A stretch of 64,000 bases of DNA from contig CAZJPG010000001.1 of assembly GCA_964547855.1 (NCBI GenBank), forward strand, positions 82,632 to 146,631, in the 5' to 3' direction. The DNA comes from an uncultured Gammaproteobacteria bacterium. Lineage in GTDB: Bacteria > Patescibacteriota > Patescibacteriia > Patescibacteriales > WJLG01. Below, in pieces: positions 35,477-45,055 of the stretch; position 1 is the stretch's first letter, and each line of letters opens with the position of its first letter. A program made the position numbers and the translations under genes. The notes below the pieces were generated by a model. The model saw nothing but the letters and a program-made list of their open reading frames with translations. It was not told the DNA's origin and searched no databases.

Positions 35477-36256
35477 TCAATCTCCTTTCTTCTTTAAAAC
35501 CAATAAAACCGTATGCCCAAAGAAAAAAGACAATGGATTTATCAATCTCTTAATAACGCGGGAGATTTTTGGCAGCTTAGCCAATGGTGCTAATACCGAC
35601 TCCTCTTTCACCGCTTTAAAACCATTGGTGTAGCGCCTATACTCCAGCTCGAACCCTAAATTTTCCAAGTCAGACGCGACCGTCCTCCAAGATAAGGCGA
35701 ATTGATAAAAATTAGACTTATTAGATTCTGACTCTAAAAATTTTGGATAAAGTCCCAGGGCAGCCTTTAATCTACGATAAGGAGAGAAGGCTGGAAAAAC
35801 TAAAAATAACTTTCCACCTGGTTTTATCACCCTAGACATTTCACTTAATATCTCACCATATCCATCATAGAAATGTTCGATGACGCCCAAGGACCAATAG
35901 CCGTCGAATTCGTTATCAGAGAATGAGAGTTTGCGTACGTCTCCCAAATAGACTTTCAATTCTGGAAATTCTTTGTTTATTCTCTCGACCATCTCCTTAG
36001 CGTAATCTATTCCCAAAGCATCGTAACCGTTGCGCTTTAAGGCATATACATACTGTCCTCTTCCTCATCCTCCTTCGAGAACTTTGGCCGGAGACGGCAA
36101 GAAACGCTTAGTCGTGCGAACCACTAATGAATCGTCCGACACCCCTTTGACCTCGTTGGCAAAATCATCGCCCCAAAGCTCATCCCAGAATTCTGGCGTA
36201 GCTCCTTGGCCGACAAAGACCAGCCGCTTATTATTTTTATCGTAAAATCTTTTCAT
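35477..36256 (-). pseudogene. Class I SAM-dependent methyltransferase interrupted by a single in-frame TGA in motif I
   Basis: ORFs 36065..36256 and 35477..36016 are in the same frame (780 nt total). Read-through gives ...PAKVLEGG*GRGQYVYALKRNGYDALGIDYAKEMV..., so the TGA at 36067-36065 sits at the x of the ExGxGxG motif (usually Cys, Ala or Ser). Downstream motifs (IKPGGKLFLVFP) are intact. Confidence 0.7.
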
Positions 36257-36279
36257 ACTTATGGCAGTTTCACAATATA

Positions 36280-37359
36280 TTACTTTAATATATCGCCGAT
36301 TTTTTCTTTAAAATATTCCAAAGAATGCCTCTCTTGAGCGATAACGAAAGCATTCCTCCCCATCTTTAATAAAGTCTCGCGATCCGACACGGCCATTTCG
36401 ATCTTAGCCAAAAGGTCATTGGCGTCACCGCTCTTAAACACATAACCATTAACGCCATTGTCGATATAGCAAGAGGTTCCACAAGTATCGCTGGCTATGG
36501 CCGGAAGTTTATGAGCGAAAGCCTCGACAGGAGAATAAGCCGCCGGCTCATTACGGGACGGCAAAACGAACAGATCGAATTCGTCATACATCTCTAAAAC
36601 TTTCTTGTAGGCGACATTCTCCAAAATCCTAACGACATCCGACAACCCATTGTCGTTTATATATCCTTTTATTAGGGCCAACTCCTTATTATCGTGATGC
36701 TCGCCAACTATCGTCAACCTTATCGGATATTTGTCTTTTAATGATTTGACCGCCCCCAACAACAAAAGATGGTCTTTGCGTCCCTGAAATTTTCCTATAT
36801 CAAGAATATTTATATTGTCACCCTTAAAATTCGTCTTAGAGACATCTTTAACGTCAATGACGAACGGCAAATAATTGAACCAAGGATCGGATTGAGGCAG
36901 AACATTCTTAAGAGGAGAGATTATGCCACTGATGCCCAAAATATTTTTTAAAAAAACAGCGATCATTTTTTTAACCAGGCCTCTAACAGCATATCTTTCC
37001 GTTTGAACTAAGGCAAAAGCTTTCTTGGCATAAAAACGCCCCAAAAGAAAAGAAAAGAACGCCAGTCCGCCTTGAAGATTCTTCACTAATAATACGTCGG
37101 GCTTGATTCTAGATAGTTCACGATTCAAGTCTAAAAAACACGGCCATTGATGCATAGGCTTTTTATATTTGGCATCAAAGATCGCAAATAATCTATTCAG
37201 CGGATGTGGACTGATAACGATCGGTTCGACATCTTCATAGTCCTCGGAATTCGATTTATACATCGCCAAAAAAAAGACCTCATGGCCCATTTGCTTGAGA
37301 CCCCTCACATAAGCATGCATATTCGTGTGAAAACGCGGAGCTATGAAAACTATTTTCAT
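36280..37359 (-). CDS. GT4-family glycosyltransferase (SDTCGT subfamily, copy 1)
   Basis: MKIVFIAPRFHTN..., RKDH, LFVLPSRNEPAAYSPVEAFAHKLPAIASDTCGTSCYIDNGVNGYVF (the EX7E region of GT-B/GT4). Confidence 0.88.
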   Translation of the reverse strand: MKIVFIAPRFHTNMHAYVRGLKQMGHEVFFLAMYKSNSEDYEDVEPIVISPHPLNRLFAIFDAKYKKPMHQWPCFLDLNRELSRIKPDVLLVKNLQGGLAFFSFLLGRFYAKKAFALVQTERYAVRGLVKKMIAVFLKNILGISGIISPLKNVLPQSDPWFNYLPFVIDVKDVSKTNFKGDNINILDIGKFQGRKDHLLLLGAVKSLKDKYPIRLTIVGEHHDNKELALIKGYINDNGLSDVVRILENVAYKKVLEMYDEFDLFVLPSRNEPAAYSPVEAFAHKLPAIASDTCGTSCYIDNGVNGYVFKSGDANDLLAKIEMAVSDRETLLKMGRNAFVIAQERHSLEYFKEKIGDILK

Positions 37360-37396
37360 GTACTAGTATTAGGACTTAATTTTTGCAACTTTAAAA

Positions 37397-38071
37397 TTAC
37401 GACTTTACGACTACAGCCCAAGTCTCACCGAATTGAACCGAAGAGGAAGCGATCTTCCAACCTGCGGCCGTTAATTCGGAGTTTAAGGTTTGGCCGGTAT
37501 ATTCGATAAAATGCTCAGGATCGAGACGATACGGAAAACCATTATCCCTGCGCCAAACCGCTAACCAATCACGATCGATCATTGGCACGCGAAGCAATAT
37601 CTTATCAGTGGCTTTGGCCACCCCCTTCAAAAAACTAATTCTATCCTCTAAATGCTCCAAGACATTAGAAAGAATGACCGCATCGAAACGATCGACGCCC
37701 AAGGCGCCAAGATCCAGAGAGGCGGCATTACCTTCGATGAATTTTATATTCGATTGAGAGTACTTAGCTTTGGCTAGGTCTATATATTCCTTTTTAATGT
37801 CTATGCCGACCACAAAAGCAGCCTTAGCCGCTAAACGAGAGGCCATCTCACCAGTATTGCAGCCAACATCCAAGATCTTGTCGCTAGGGGCGATATTCTG
37901 CAAGAAAAAACCATGATAATCCAAGATAGAATGTTTAGGATGCTCCTCGCCTGGTGCAGCTATCAATTTCTTCACCCAAAAATAAGAACGATAGTTAAGC
38001 CAAAGGAAAAAACCCAAAAACATTTTACGAAAAGGACTCTTTTTTATAACTTTAATCAACTTTCCCAACAT
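37397..38071 (-). CDS. Class I SAM-dependent methyltransferase
   Basis: ILDVGCNTGEMA (motif I), VVGIDI, FDAVILSNVLEHLED. 224 aa. Confidence 0.85.
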   Translation of the reverse strand: MLGKLIKVIKKSPFRKMFLGFFLWLNYRSYFWVKKLIAAPGEEHPKHSILDYHGFFLQNIAPSDKILDVGCNTGEMASRLAAKAAFVVGIDIKKEYIDLAKAKYSQSNIKFIEGNAASLDLGALGVDRFDAVILSNVLEHLEDRISFLKGVAKATDKILLRVPMIDRDWLAVWRRDNGFPYRLDPEHFIEYTGQTLNSELTAAGWKIASSSVQFGETWAVVVKS

Positions 38072-39168
38072 ATTCTATCTAGCTCTCGAGCGAAATCGGC
38101 CGGCGAATGCCACTCCTTGACCAAATCAAAACTCCTTGAGCCCATTTTAATTAAATTATCTCGATCGGCTATAGCCGCCTCGATCTTGGCGGCCAAATCT
38201 TTGGCGTCCTTACTTTTAAAGACGAATCCATTCCCTCCCTGCTCTATATAACAGGAAGTGCCGCAAGTATCACTGGCGATGACTGGTAGTTTGGCGGCCA
38301 TAGCCTCTAAAACAGAATAGGAGGCCGGTTCATCATAGGATGGCAGCACGAACAGGTCGTGACCGCGATACCATTCCTCCATCGATTCGTTCGGCAGATT
38401 ATCCTCAAGCTGTACGATTTCGCCAAGTCCATCGATCTTTACCACTTCGGCCACTTCTTTTCTTATATCTTCTGTTTCAGGAGTATTATACTGACCGATG
38501 ATCGTAAGCCTTATATCATATCTGTCTTTCAATGATTTAATAGCCTCGAGCAAGCTGAAATGATCTTTTCGCCTAATATATTTTCCGACAGCGATGATGT
38601 TCACATGCCCGCCGGAAAAATATTTTTTTTCAAAGTCCTCGGCAGGGATGACAAATGGCAGATATTTAAAAAATGGATCGGCCACAGGCAATCTGTTCTT
38701 GAGCGGAGTTATCATGCCTCGGATATTGAACATTTTCCGAGCGGTCTTGACCAAAGCGCTTTTGGGAAATTTACCAAAAGAATAATTCTCCGTTTGCGCC
38801 TCGGCAAATAACTTAGTCTTCTTTTTATCGGCGTAATGAAAAGCGGCCAAGGTGCGAAGACTGTTGATATTGCGAGCGATTATGACATCCGGGGAGATGC
38901 TATTTATCTTCTCTTTAAGGTCTTTAAGGTCAGGGATGTCGAAATATACCGTATGATTCCAACTTGATAACCAACGCCAAAATCCCTGATTCTTCGGTTC
39001 TTTCAAAATAATAAAATTTATTTTAGGGTCACGCCTTTCTCCGTCTTTCTCTTGGTTAGCCAAAACAAATACTTCGTGCCCCATATTGGCCAACCCCTTC
39101 AATCTCCAGTATAGATTAGTATGAAATCTTTGAACTATATAAACTATCTTCATATTATTTTTTCCCAT
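38056..39168 (-). CDS. GT4-family glycosyltransferase (SDTCGT subfamily, copy 2)
   Basis: MKIVYIVQRFHTN..., LFVLPSYDEPASYSVLEAMAAKLPVIASDTCGTSCYIEQGGNGFVF. The true start may be the ATG at 39153 (MKIVYIV), which overlaps the upstream TGA as ATGA. Confidence 0.88.
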   Translation of the reverse strand: MGKNNMKIVYIVQRFHTNLYWRLKGLANMGHEVFVLANQEKDGERRDPKINFIILKEPKNQGFWRWLSSWNHTVYFDIPDLKDLKEKINSISPDVIIARNINSLRTLAAFHYADKKKTKLFAEAQTENYSFGKFPKSALVKTARKMFNIRGMITPLKNRLPVADPFFKYLPFVIPAEDFEKKYFSGGHVNIIAVGKYIRRKDHFSLLEAIKSLKDRYDIRLTIIGQYNTPETEDIRKEVAEVVKIDGLGEIVQLEDNLPNESMEEWYRGHDLFVLPSYDEPASYSVLEAMAAKLPVIASDTCGTSCYIEQGGNGFVFKSKDAKDLAAKIEAAIADRDNLIKMGSRSFDLVKEWHSPADFARELDRICWES

Positions 39169-40271
39169 TCTTTAATTACGTTCTCCGGTTTAAATCGATC
39201 GTCAACCGCGATCTTCCTTTCCATGCCAATGGCATCGATCATGGCCCGAGAAAGCATAGCCTCATCATCGACTCTGACCAAAGCGCCTCTATCGGTCTTG
39301 ATGGGCAATTCTCCCTGGTCGCTCTCGGCGATTATCTCTCTGGGGCCAGTGGGGCAATCGGTCGAAACGACCGGGGTTCCAACGGCCAGAGCCTCAAGGA
39401 TGACATTGGGCATCCCTTCCCATCTAGAACTTAAGACCAAGGCCGCCGCCGCTTTAATAAAAGGAAAGACATTGTCTTCTCGACCCAAGAAAACCACTTT
39501 ACCCTTAAGTCTTTCTTCTTCTGATATTTTAGACAGGCGCTCCAAATCCTTGCCTTCGCCGATTATGGCCAAACGCGAATCCGGCTCTTTGTCGACCACA
39601 AGCTTAAAAGCCCTAATTAAAACATCCTGCGCCTTCTGTTCGGTCAAACGACCAATATTTAAAAATGTTCTATCGCCAGCAAAAAAATCTCTATATTCTT
39701 CAGGCAATGGCTTGTCGGCAAGATCAGAAATGCGATCATAGAAAACCGGATTATAGATGGCTATCGTTTTCTTAAGGCCAAAATCATCGGCGGCTATCTT
39801 AACTAAAGCGGAAGAATTAGCTACTACCAAATCAGCAAAACGATAAAGCGACTTGATCATGAACTTGGCCATTGGCTTTTTCCTTTTGGGGTTATTGCGC
39901 AAACAGCATATGATCTTAGATCTATTTCCAAAGAATAATTTACTAGCCACGGAAGAAAAATTCGCCTCTTCCATAAAACCTATGCAAGTATCTATTTTAT
40001 TCTCGCGACAAAAAGAGGTTATTTGACGGCCACGCTTAAAGACCGCCGACAAGGCTTTAAGACTGGAAGATGGCGCCTTTCCGTCCCCTATCAAAAAAGT
40101 GTCGACAGACGAAAGATATTTCAAGCCAGAATCATCGAACAATAAAAAAGCCACCTCATGCCCCCTGTCTTTAAGACTATCAGCGACATAAGTTGCTACT
40201 CTCTCGGCTCCACCGCCGACTTTGAGCGTATTGATGACAATAGCTATTTTTTTACCCATATCATTCGTCAT
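39150..40271 (-). CDS. GT4-family glycosyltransferase
   Basis: KKIAIVINTLKVGGGAERV, GRLTEQKAQD, LVLSSRWEGMPNVILEALAVGTPVVSTDCPTGPREII. The start could be the ATG at 40259 instead. Confidence 0.88.
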   Translation of the reverse strand: MTNDMGKKIAIVINTLKVGGGAERVATYVADSLKDRGHEVAFLLFDDSGLKYLSSVDTFLIGDGKAPSSSLKALSAVFKRGRQITSFCRENKIDTCIGFMEEANFSSVASKLFFGNRSKIICCLRNNPKRKKPMAKFMIKSLYRFADLVVANSSALVKIAADDFGLKKTIAIYNPVFYDRISDLADKPLPEEYRDFFAGDRTFLNIGRLTEQKAQDVLIRAFKLVVDKEPDSRLAIIGEGKDLERLSKISEEERLKGKVVFLGREDNVFPFIKAAAALVLSSRWEGMPNVILEALAVGTPVVSTDCPTGPREIIAESDQGELPIKTDRGALVRVDDEAMLSRAMIDAIGMERKIAVDDRFKPENVIKEWEKII

Positions 40272-41952
40272 TAGGTTCGGAATCGTAATAACCCTTCACC
40301 TGAAAATGGCAAGGCTTAACTATGCGGCCCCGATCATTTCTCTCTAAAACCAAAACTCGGCAGGAAATACGGCAAGGCTCGAGACCAGGATCGACGGCAT
40401 GCCAATAAGGATAACGAGGGCCAGAGTCATAAAGAACGCCATATTCACCTGATAATTTATCTTGATAATACGAAAGTTTTTCGTATTCGACTATGTAAAT
40501 ATCTCTATCTGGAACTGGGGCCAATTCAGAACTGAAAAGCACTGACTTAGCCGACCAATTTGGGTCATCGGCTAATTTTTCCATTCTTGGTAAATACGTA
40601 TGATAACGATTAGATAGAACCTGGATATTCTTATCTTTGACGGCGGTCATAATAAAACGCTCGGCCTCATAACGACTATCATTGAACTTTCCCCAAACTG
40701 GCACGGCGGCCAAGATCAAGATCGCCGGGAAAAATATAGCAGCATAAAAACGCTTATCTCTCCCCACTCTTTCATAGACCATATTCAAGGCCAGAGCCGC
40801 TGGCACCGACAAGAAAAGAATGATGACCATTACATAACGAAGATATACCAAACCGACACTTGCTAAAGCCAAAAGGAAAAAACTTAATGGAAATAGCAAT
40901 ATGAAGGCCAAGAAACCCCTCCCCACCCTGCGGCGATGCAAGAATATTCCAACTAAAGAACCGATAAGCACGGCTGGAGCTCCTAATATCAAAGACTCTA
41001 ATGTCCTTAGAGACACCCCCAAGAAACCTTGGCGCTCATAATCATTCCAAGAGACCGAAGTCGGACCGATCCAGCGTTTTATGTGTGCCACATATCCGGC
41101 GAAATCCCAAAACATCCCCGTGAAGAACATAAAACAAATAAAGAAAAAAGAGATGCCAGCGAACATTTCCGACCAAATCTTCCTAAGCCCGCCTTTGCCG
41201 ACATACCCTTTACGGAATAAAAGAAAAAAGAATGGGATAATAAAAGTAAAGGCATTGGCCTCTTTTGTAGCCGAAATGGCGGCAAGAAAAAAGAAAAAGA
41301 CCATCCAGTTCTTAGACCTTGGACCACTATCACCATCAACGGAGAAATAAATATTAGACAAGGCCCAGAAACAAACAGCCGAAAAAAACATTATAGGAGT
41401 ATCGAGATTGCCGTAGGTCGAGAACTCGACCACCACTGGTGAGAGCATATATAGCGCCGCCGCCAAAAAAGCCACGCGACGCCCGAAACGTTTAGCGGCC
41501 AAATATAAAAAATATACAGCACCGATATACATGGCGAATGACAAAAGCCTCGAAACGACAATTAGCGCGCCGATCTGCCAATGAGGATCAGTAAAACCAA
41601 AATTAGGATATTTGGCACCAGACACATGCCACTGCCCGGTCAAAAGATAGAAGATCAAAAACGGAATATAAACGACCAGATTTATTATATAACCGAAAGC
41701 AGCATATTTATAAGCCCCAAATTTAGCGAAGCCGATGATGAACGGGCCAGACTGATCATCTGGACTCCAGGAGGCAAAATTCGGCATGCCCCAAAATATA
41801 GTAAAAAGGTCGGCGACCAAAAACACACCCAAGCACCAAATCAAAAATTTACCCCAACGACTTCTTTCATTATAAAAAGACCGCCAAGCCCCAGTCGCGG
41901 CTATGGCATAAAAAGCTGCCTTATTCTTTATATATGATACGATCTTAGCCAT
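40261..41952 (-). CDS. Polytopic membrane protein, probable GT-C-fold glycosyltransferase (ArnT/PMT, GT39/83-like)
   Basis: 563 aa. About 11-13 TM helices followed by a ~130-aa soluble C-terminal domain. Acidic motif WSPDDQSGPF sits in the first predicted external loop. The segment RLLSFAMYIGAVYFLYLAAKRFGRRVAFLAAALYMLSPVVVEFS..GNLDTP is typical of GT39/83 families. Confidence 0.5.
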   Translation of the reverse strand: MAKIVSYIKNKAAFYAIAATGAWRSFYNERSRWGKFLIWCLGVFLVADLFTIFWGMPNFASWSPDDQSGPFIIGFAKFGAYKYAAFGYIINLVVYIPFLIFYLLTGQWHVSGAKYPNFGFTDPHWQIGALIVVSRLLSFAMYIGAVYFLYLAAKRFGRRVAFLAAALYMLSPVVVEFSTYGNLDTPIMFFSAVCFWALSNIYFSVDGDSGPRSKNWMVFFFFLAAISATKEANAFTFIIPFFFLLFRKGYVGKGGLRKIWSEMFAGISFFFICFMFFTGMFWDFAGYVAHIKRWIGPTSVSWNDYERQGFLGVSLRTLESLILGAPAVLIGSLVGIFLHRRRVGRGFLAFILLFPLSFFLLALASVGLVYLRYVMVIILFLSVPAALALNMVYERVGRDKRFYAAIFFPAILILAAVPVWGKFNDSRYEAERFIMTAVKDKNIQVLSNRYHTYLPRMEKLADDPNWSAKSVLFSSELAPVPDRDIYIVEYEKLSYYQDKLSGEYGVLYDSGPRYPYWHAVDPGLEPCRISCRVLVLERNDRGRIVKPCHFQVKGYYDSEPNDE

Positions 41953-43072
41953 TCTTTTCTTTTAATATCCCCCTTATCATATCTTTCCATTTTTTAATGT
42001 TTTCGGCAATATCGCGCCCGTATAGCAAATTCTCTTTAGCTTTGGCGGCAGTAGTTCTCCGTAATTCATCGTCCGACAAAAGCCGCCCTAGGCCTTCTTT
42101 TAATCTTTCATATTTCCCGCCTTCACCACTAGGAGCGCAAACTAAGCCAGCTCCGCAGTTAGAGAGCAGACTGTCAGGATCTATGGTCAGGCTTAAGATC
42201 GGCGTGCCAGCGGCAGCGGCTTGCAAAAAGGTATTAGGAAAACCTTCGGCGAATGAAGTATTAACAAAGACCTTGGCGCGCGAAAACAATTCTTCGGTCT
42301 CAGTAAAAGGAGTCCTCCCTCTGATCTCAAGATTATCAAGACCAGCTGCCGAACGTTTTATCGTTCGGCTGATATTTTCGTCGCTTTCCGGCATGATCAT
42401 TAAAAATCTCTCTTCTGGAAAATCCTTAGCCAGGGCTAAAAAGTAACCAGGGCGCTTATCATCGACTCCGCGACCGACCCAAAGGATAATATCGCGCTCT
42501 TTAATGTCGCTGCCAGACACGCCAGGAAAGCTATTCGGTATCACTGGACCGGAATTTGAAAACTGTAGATTTTTAAAGACTTGGGCTTGCTTGTCGGTCT
42601 GAAAAATAACTTTATGAGCGTTCTTTAAACCAAACTTAAATATCCTTCCGCGCAAACCACGAAAATATTTACCGGACAGATCGTCGTCATGGGCCACGCT
42701 ATAAACAAATCTCTTTCCAAGCAACCTACAATAAAAAGCGGCTAGCCCTGCTTCTACGCCAGCGGCTCGTACGATCACGACATCGGGGCCGATCTTAGTA
42801 AGCAAGCCGATCAGGCGCAATGGGGCAACGATCGAATTCAAAATTCCGCGCCCCCGTTTATAGGCCGGGTGGACTTTTACCCCATCGAATTCTTTGTCGC
42901 CTTGTCCGGAATCAAGCACTGCGAAATGCGTATCAAAAGATTCGTCGCGAGCCAATTCCTTGGCCACCAACGACATTTGCCATTCCGCTCCGCCACCCAG
43001 TGGTTGGCTGTCGGCATCGAAAAATTGATAGGCAAAGATACTAATGAAGCAAACTTTTATTTTGCGAACCAT
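41945..43072 (-). CDS. GT4-family glycosyltransferase
   Basis: GGAEWQMSL, VGRGVDDKRP, VFVNTSFAEGFPNTFLQAAAAGTPILSL. Confidence 0.82.
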   Translation of the reverse strand: MVRKIKVCFISIFAYQFFDADSQPLGGGAEWQMSLVAKELARDESFDTHFAVLDSGQGDKEFDGVKVHPAYKRGRGILNSIVAPLRLIGLLTKIGPDVVIVRAAGVEAGLAAFYCRLLGKRFVYSVAHDDDLSGKYFRGLRGRIFKFGLKNAHKVIFQTDKQAQVFKNLQFSNSGPVIPNSFPGVSGSDIKERDIILWVGRGVDDKRPGYFLALAKDFPEERFLMIMPESDENISRTIKRSAAGLDNLEIRGRTPFTETEELFSRAKVFVNTSFAEGFPNTFLQAAAAGTPILSLTIDPDSLLSNCGAGLVCAPSGEGGKYERLKEGLGRLLSDDELRRTTAAKAKENLLYGRDIAENIKKWKDMIRGILKEKNG

Positions 43073-43219
43073 ATAATTTCATACTAAAGACTTTTTCTAG
43101 TTTCATTTTGAAAGACGCTCATTTTCGCTCCAGCAGCGAAACTTCGCTCTGTTCTTCTCTGATTTTCCCACGCCAAAGCGTGGGACCAAGCAAATCATTC
43201 GAAAAAATCTTATACAATA

Positions 43220-45055
43220 TTAAACGACTATCTCCTTCTCTAGCACCCATCTCTCGTACCACAAATTCAACATCAATATCGTCCAAATCGGCCGGGAATA
43301 ATCACGCTTCCAAGAACCTGACTCGAACTCGGCGCGGATAGACTCCAAAAAATCTTTCTTATACAGATCGTGGCCAGAATAATCAAAAACATATTTAAGA
43401 ACTAAACCTTTCAGCTCATTCTTGAGGTAATGCTTAAGCGGCACAGAAAAACCTTGTTTGCGGCGATAGATTATCTCATTAGGCAAAATACCCTCTAAAG
43501 ATTTTTTAAAGATGTATTTGGTCTCACCTTTTTTTATCTTCAATGAAGAAGAAATTCGGAAAGCCAATTCAACGAGATTATGAGCCAAGAGAGGTGGACG
43601 GCTCTCTAAGGAGTTTCCTAAAGAAGCGCGATCGACCTTGGTCAAAACGTCATCCGAAAGATAATTATGGAAATCACAATCCTCTGCTAAAGCTAAACCG
43701 TTCGTGGCGGAAAGTCCGGATAAATACTCCTTATATACATCAGCGGCGGGAACATCGATCAAGGATTTATACTCATCGGAATAGAACAAACCTCTAAACT
43801 CGGCAAAGGCCAAACCGTCGCGACGTGCAGCCAAAGAAAAAAATTTAGCTAAGCGCGGCTTACCCATCGACTTAAGCGATAAACCCAATAAAAAATTCAA
43901 TAAAGGCGGTAATTTAGCCGCTTTTCCAACTGCTGAATAAATACTATAAGAGCTATATCCGCCAAAAAGCTCATCTCCGCCATCGCCAGACAAAGATACT
44001 GTCACATGCTGGCGAGCGACCCAAGAGACCAAAAATGTCGGGATCATCGAAGGGTCGGACAATGGCTCATCATAATGATAGGCCAGTTTAGGGATCAATT
44101 TTTTAACGTCGTCGGCCGTAAAATTTATAACATGGTGCTTAGTGCCGAATTTATCGGAGACGATCTTAGCATAACCAGACTCATCGAAAGCGTTATGATC
44201 GAAGCTAACCGAAAAAGTATTAAGGTCTTTAGTATAGCGGCTCATCATCGCCACGACCGCCGAACTATCGACGCCACCCGACAAAAAAGCTCCCACTGGA
44301 ACGTCAGCCACTAAACGTGACTTGACCGCCTCCTCTAAAGACTTAAGGATCTCCTTTTTAGCCGTTTCCTCATTATCGATCTCTTCACTTGGAGCCACTT
44401 GCCAATAACGCCCTTGATCGACTATCGACTTAGTCTTAAGGCTAAACACTAAATAAGAGGCTGGTTCAAGTTTAAAACAATCCTTTAATATGGAACGGCT
44501 GCGTCCAGTGTGGCCATACATTAAATAATATGCGACCGCCGAACGATCGATCTCCTTAGCGATGCCACTCTCCATAATAACCTTCAATTCCGAACCAAAA
44601 ATGAACTTATCGTCTTTAATATAATAATACAAAGGATTGATACCTGCCCGATCGCGCGCCAAAAACAAAGTCTCAGCTTTCTTGTCGAAAACAACGAAAG
44701 CGAATTGACCATCCAACATTCTTAAGACATCCTTGCCATATTCCTTATATCCTAAAAGCAAAACCTCCGTGTCCGATTGCGATATGAACTTATGCCCCTT
44801 TGACTCCAGATCGAATCTAATGTCTTTATAGTTGAATATCTCGCCATTAAAAACTATGGTCAGTTCACCATTGTCGTCCGTCATCGGCTGTCTCCCCCTC
44901 TCGGAAAGATCTATGATCGAAAGCCTACGATGCGCCAATGACAAATTATCGCAAAAATAAAAACCGTCCTGATCCGGACCACGATGTTTTATCGACGAAG
45001 CTAGCTTTTTTGCCAAATCTTCATCCTTCCAGTTAAAACCCAATATTCCGCACAT
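43220..45055 (-). CDS. asnB: Asparagine synthase (glutamine-hydrolysing) family amidotransferase
   Basis: MCGILGF (Cys2 nucleophile), HRGPD, SDTEVLL, and the PP-loop LSGGVDSS. 611 aa. Confidence 0.9.
   Translation of the reverse strand: MCGILGFNWKDEDLAKKLASSIKHRGPDQDGFYFCDNLSLAHRRLSIIDLSERGRQPMTDDNGELTIVFNGEIFNYKDIRFDLESKGHKFISQSDTEVLLLGYKEYGKDVLRMLDGQFAFVVFDKKAETLFLARDRAGINPLYYYIKDDKFIFGSELKVIMESGIAKEIDRSAVAYYLMYGHTGRSRSILKDCFKLEPASYLVFSLKTKSIVDQGRYWQVAPSEEIDNEETAKKEILKSLEEAVKSRLVADVPVGAFLSGGVDSSAVVAMMSRYTKDLNTFSVSFDHNAFDESGYAKIVSDKFGTKHHVINFTADDVKKLIPKLAYHYDEPLSDPSMIPTFLVSWVARQHVTVSLSGDGGDELFGGYSSYSIYSAVGKAAKLPPLLNFLLGLSLKSMGKPRLAKFFSLAARRDGLAFAEFRGLFYSDEYKSLIDVPAADVYKEYLSGLSATNGLALAEDCDFHNYLSDDVLTKVDRASLGNSLESRPPLLAHNLVELAFRISSSLKIKKGETKYIFKKSLEGILPNEIIYRRKQGFSVPLKHYLKNELKGLVLKYVFDYSGHDLYKKDFLESIRAEFESGSWKRDYSRPIWTILMLNLWYERWVLEKEIVV

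Noticed and set aside
36065-36067. Genome-wide UGA reassignment (UGA=Gly as in Gracilibacteria/Absconditabacteria, or UGA=Trp), or selenocysteine, as the explanation for the in-frame TGA in the methyltransferase
   Set aside because: TGA terminates several other genes at tight, sensible junctions. These are rseP (22061-22063), holB (24948-24950, with the next ATG 1 nt later), the flippase (34623-34625), two GT4 genes (38056-38058 and 39150-39152, the latter an ATGA overlap with the next start) and this methyltransferase's own end (35477-35479). For selenocysteine, the position is a non-catalytic motif I residue, and I see no obvious SECIS-like hairpin immediately downstream or any sel genes in the window.
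43108-43341. Plus-strand 77-aa ORF spanning the asnB 3' end and the structured spacer
   Set aside because: It is antisense to the asnB C-terminus and gives a Ser-rich shadow translation. The spacer is better explained by its hairpins.
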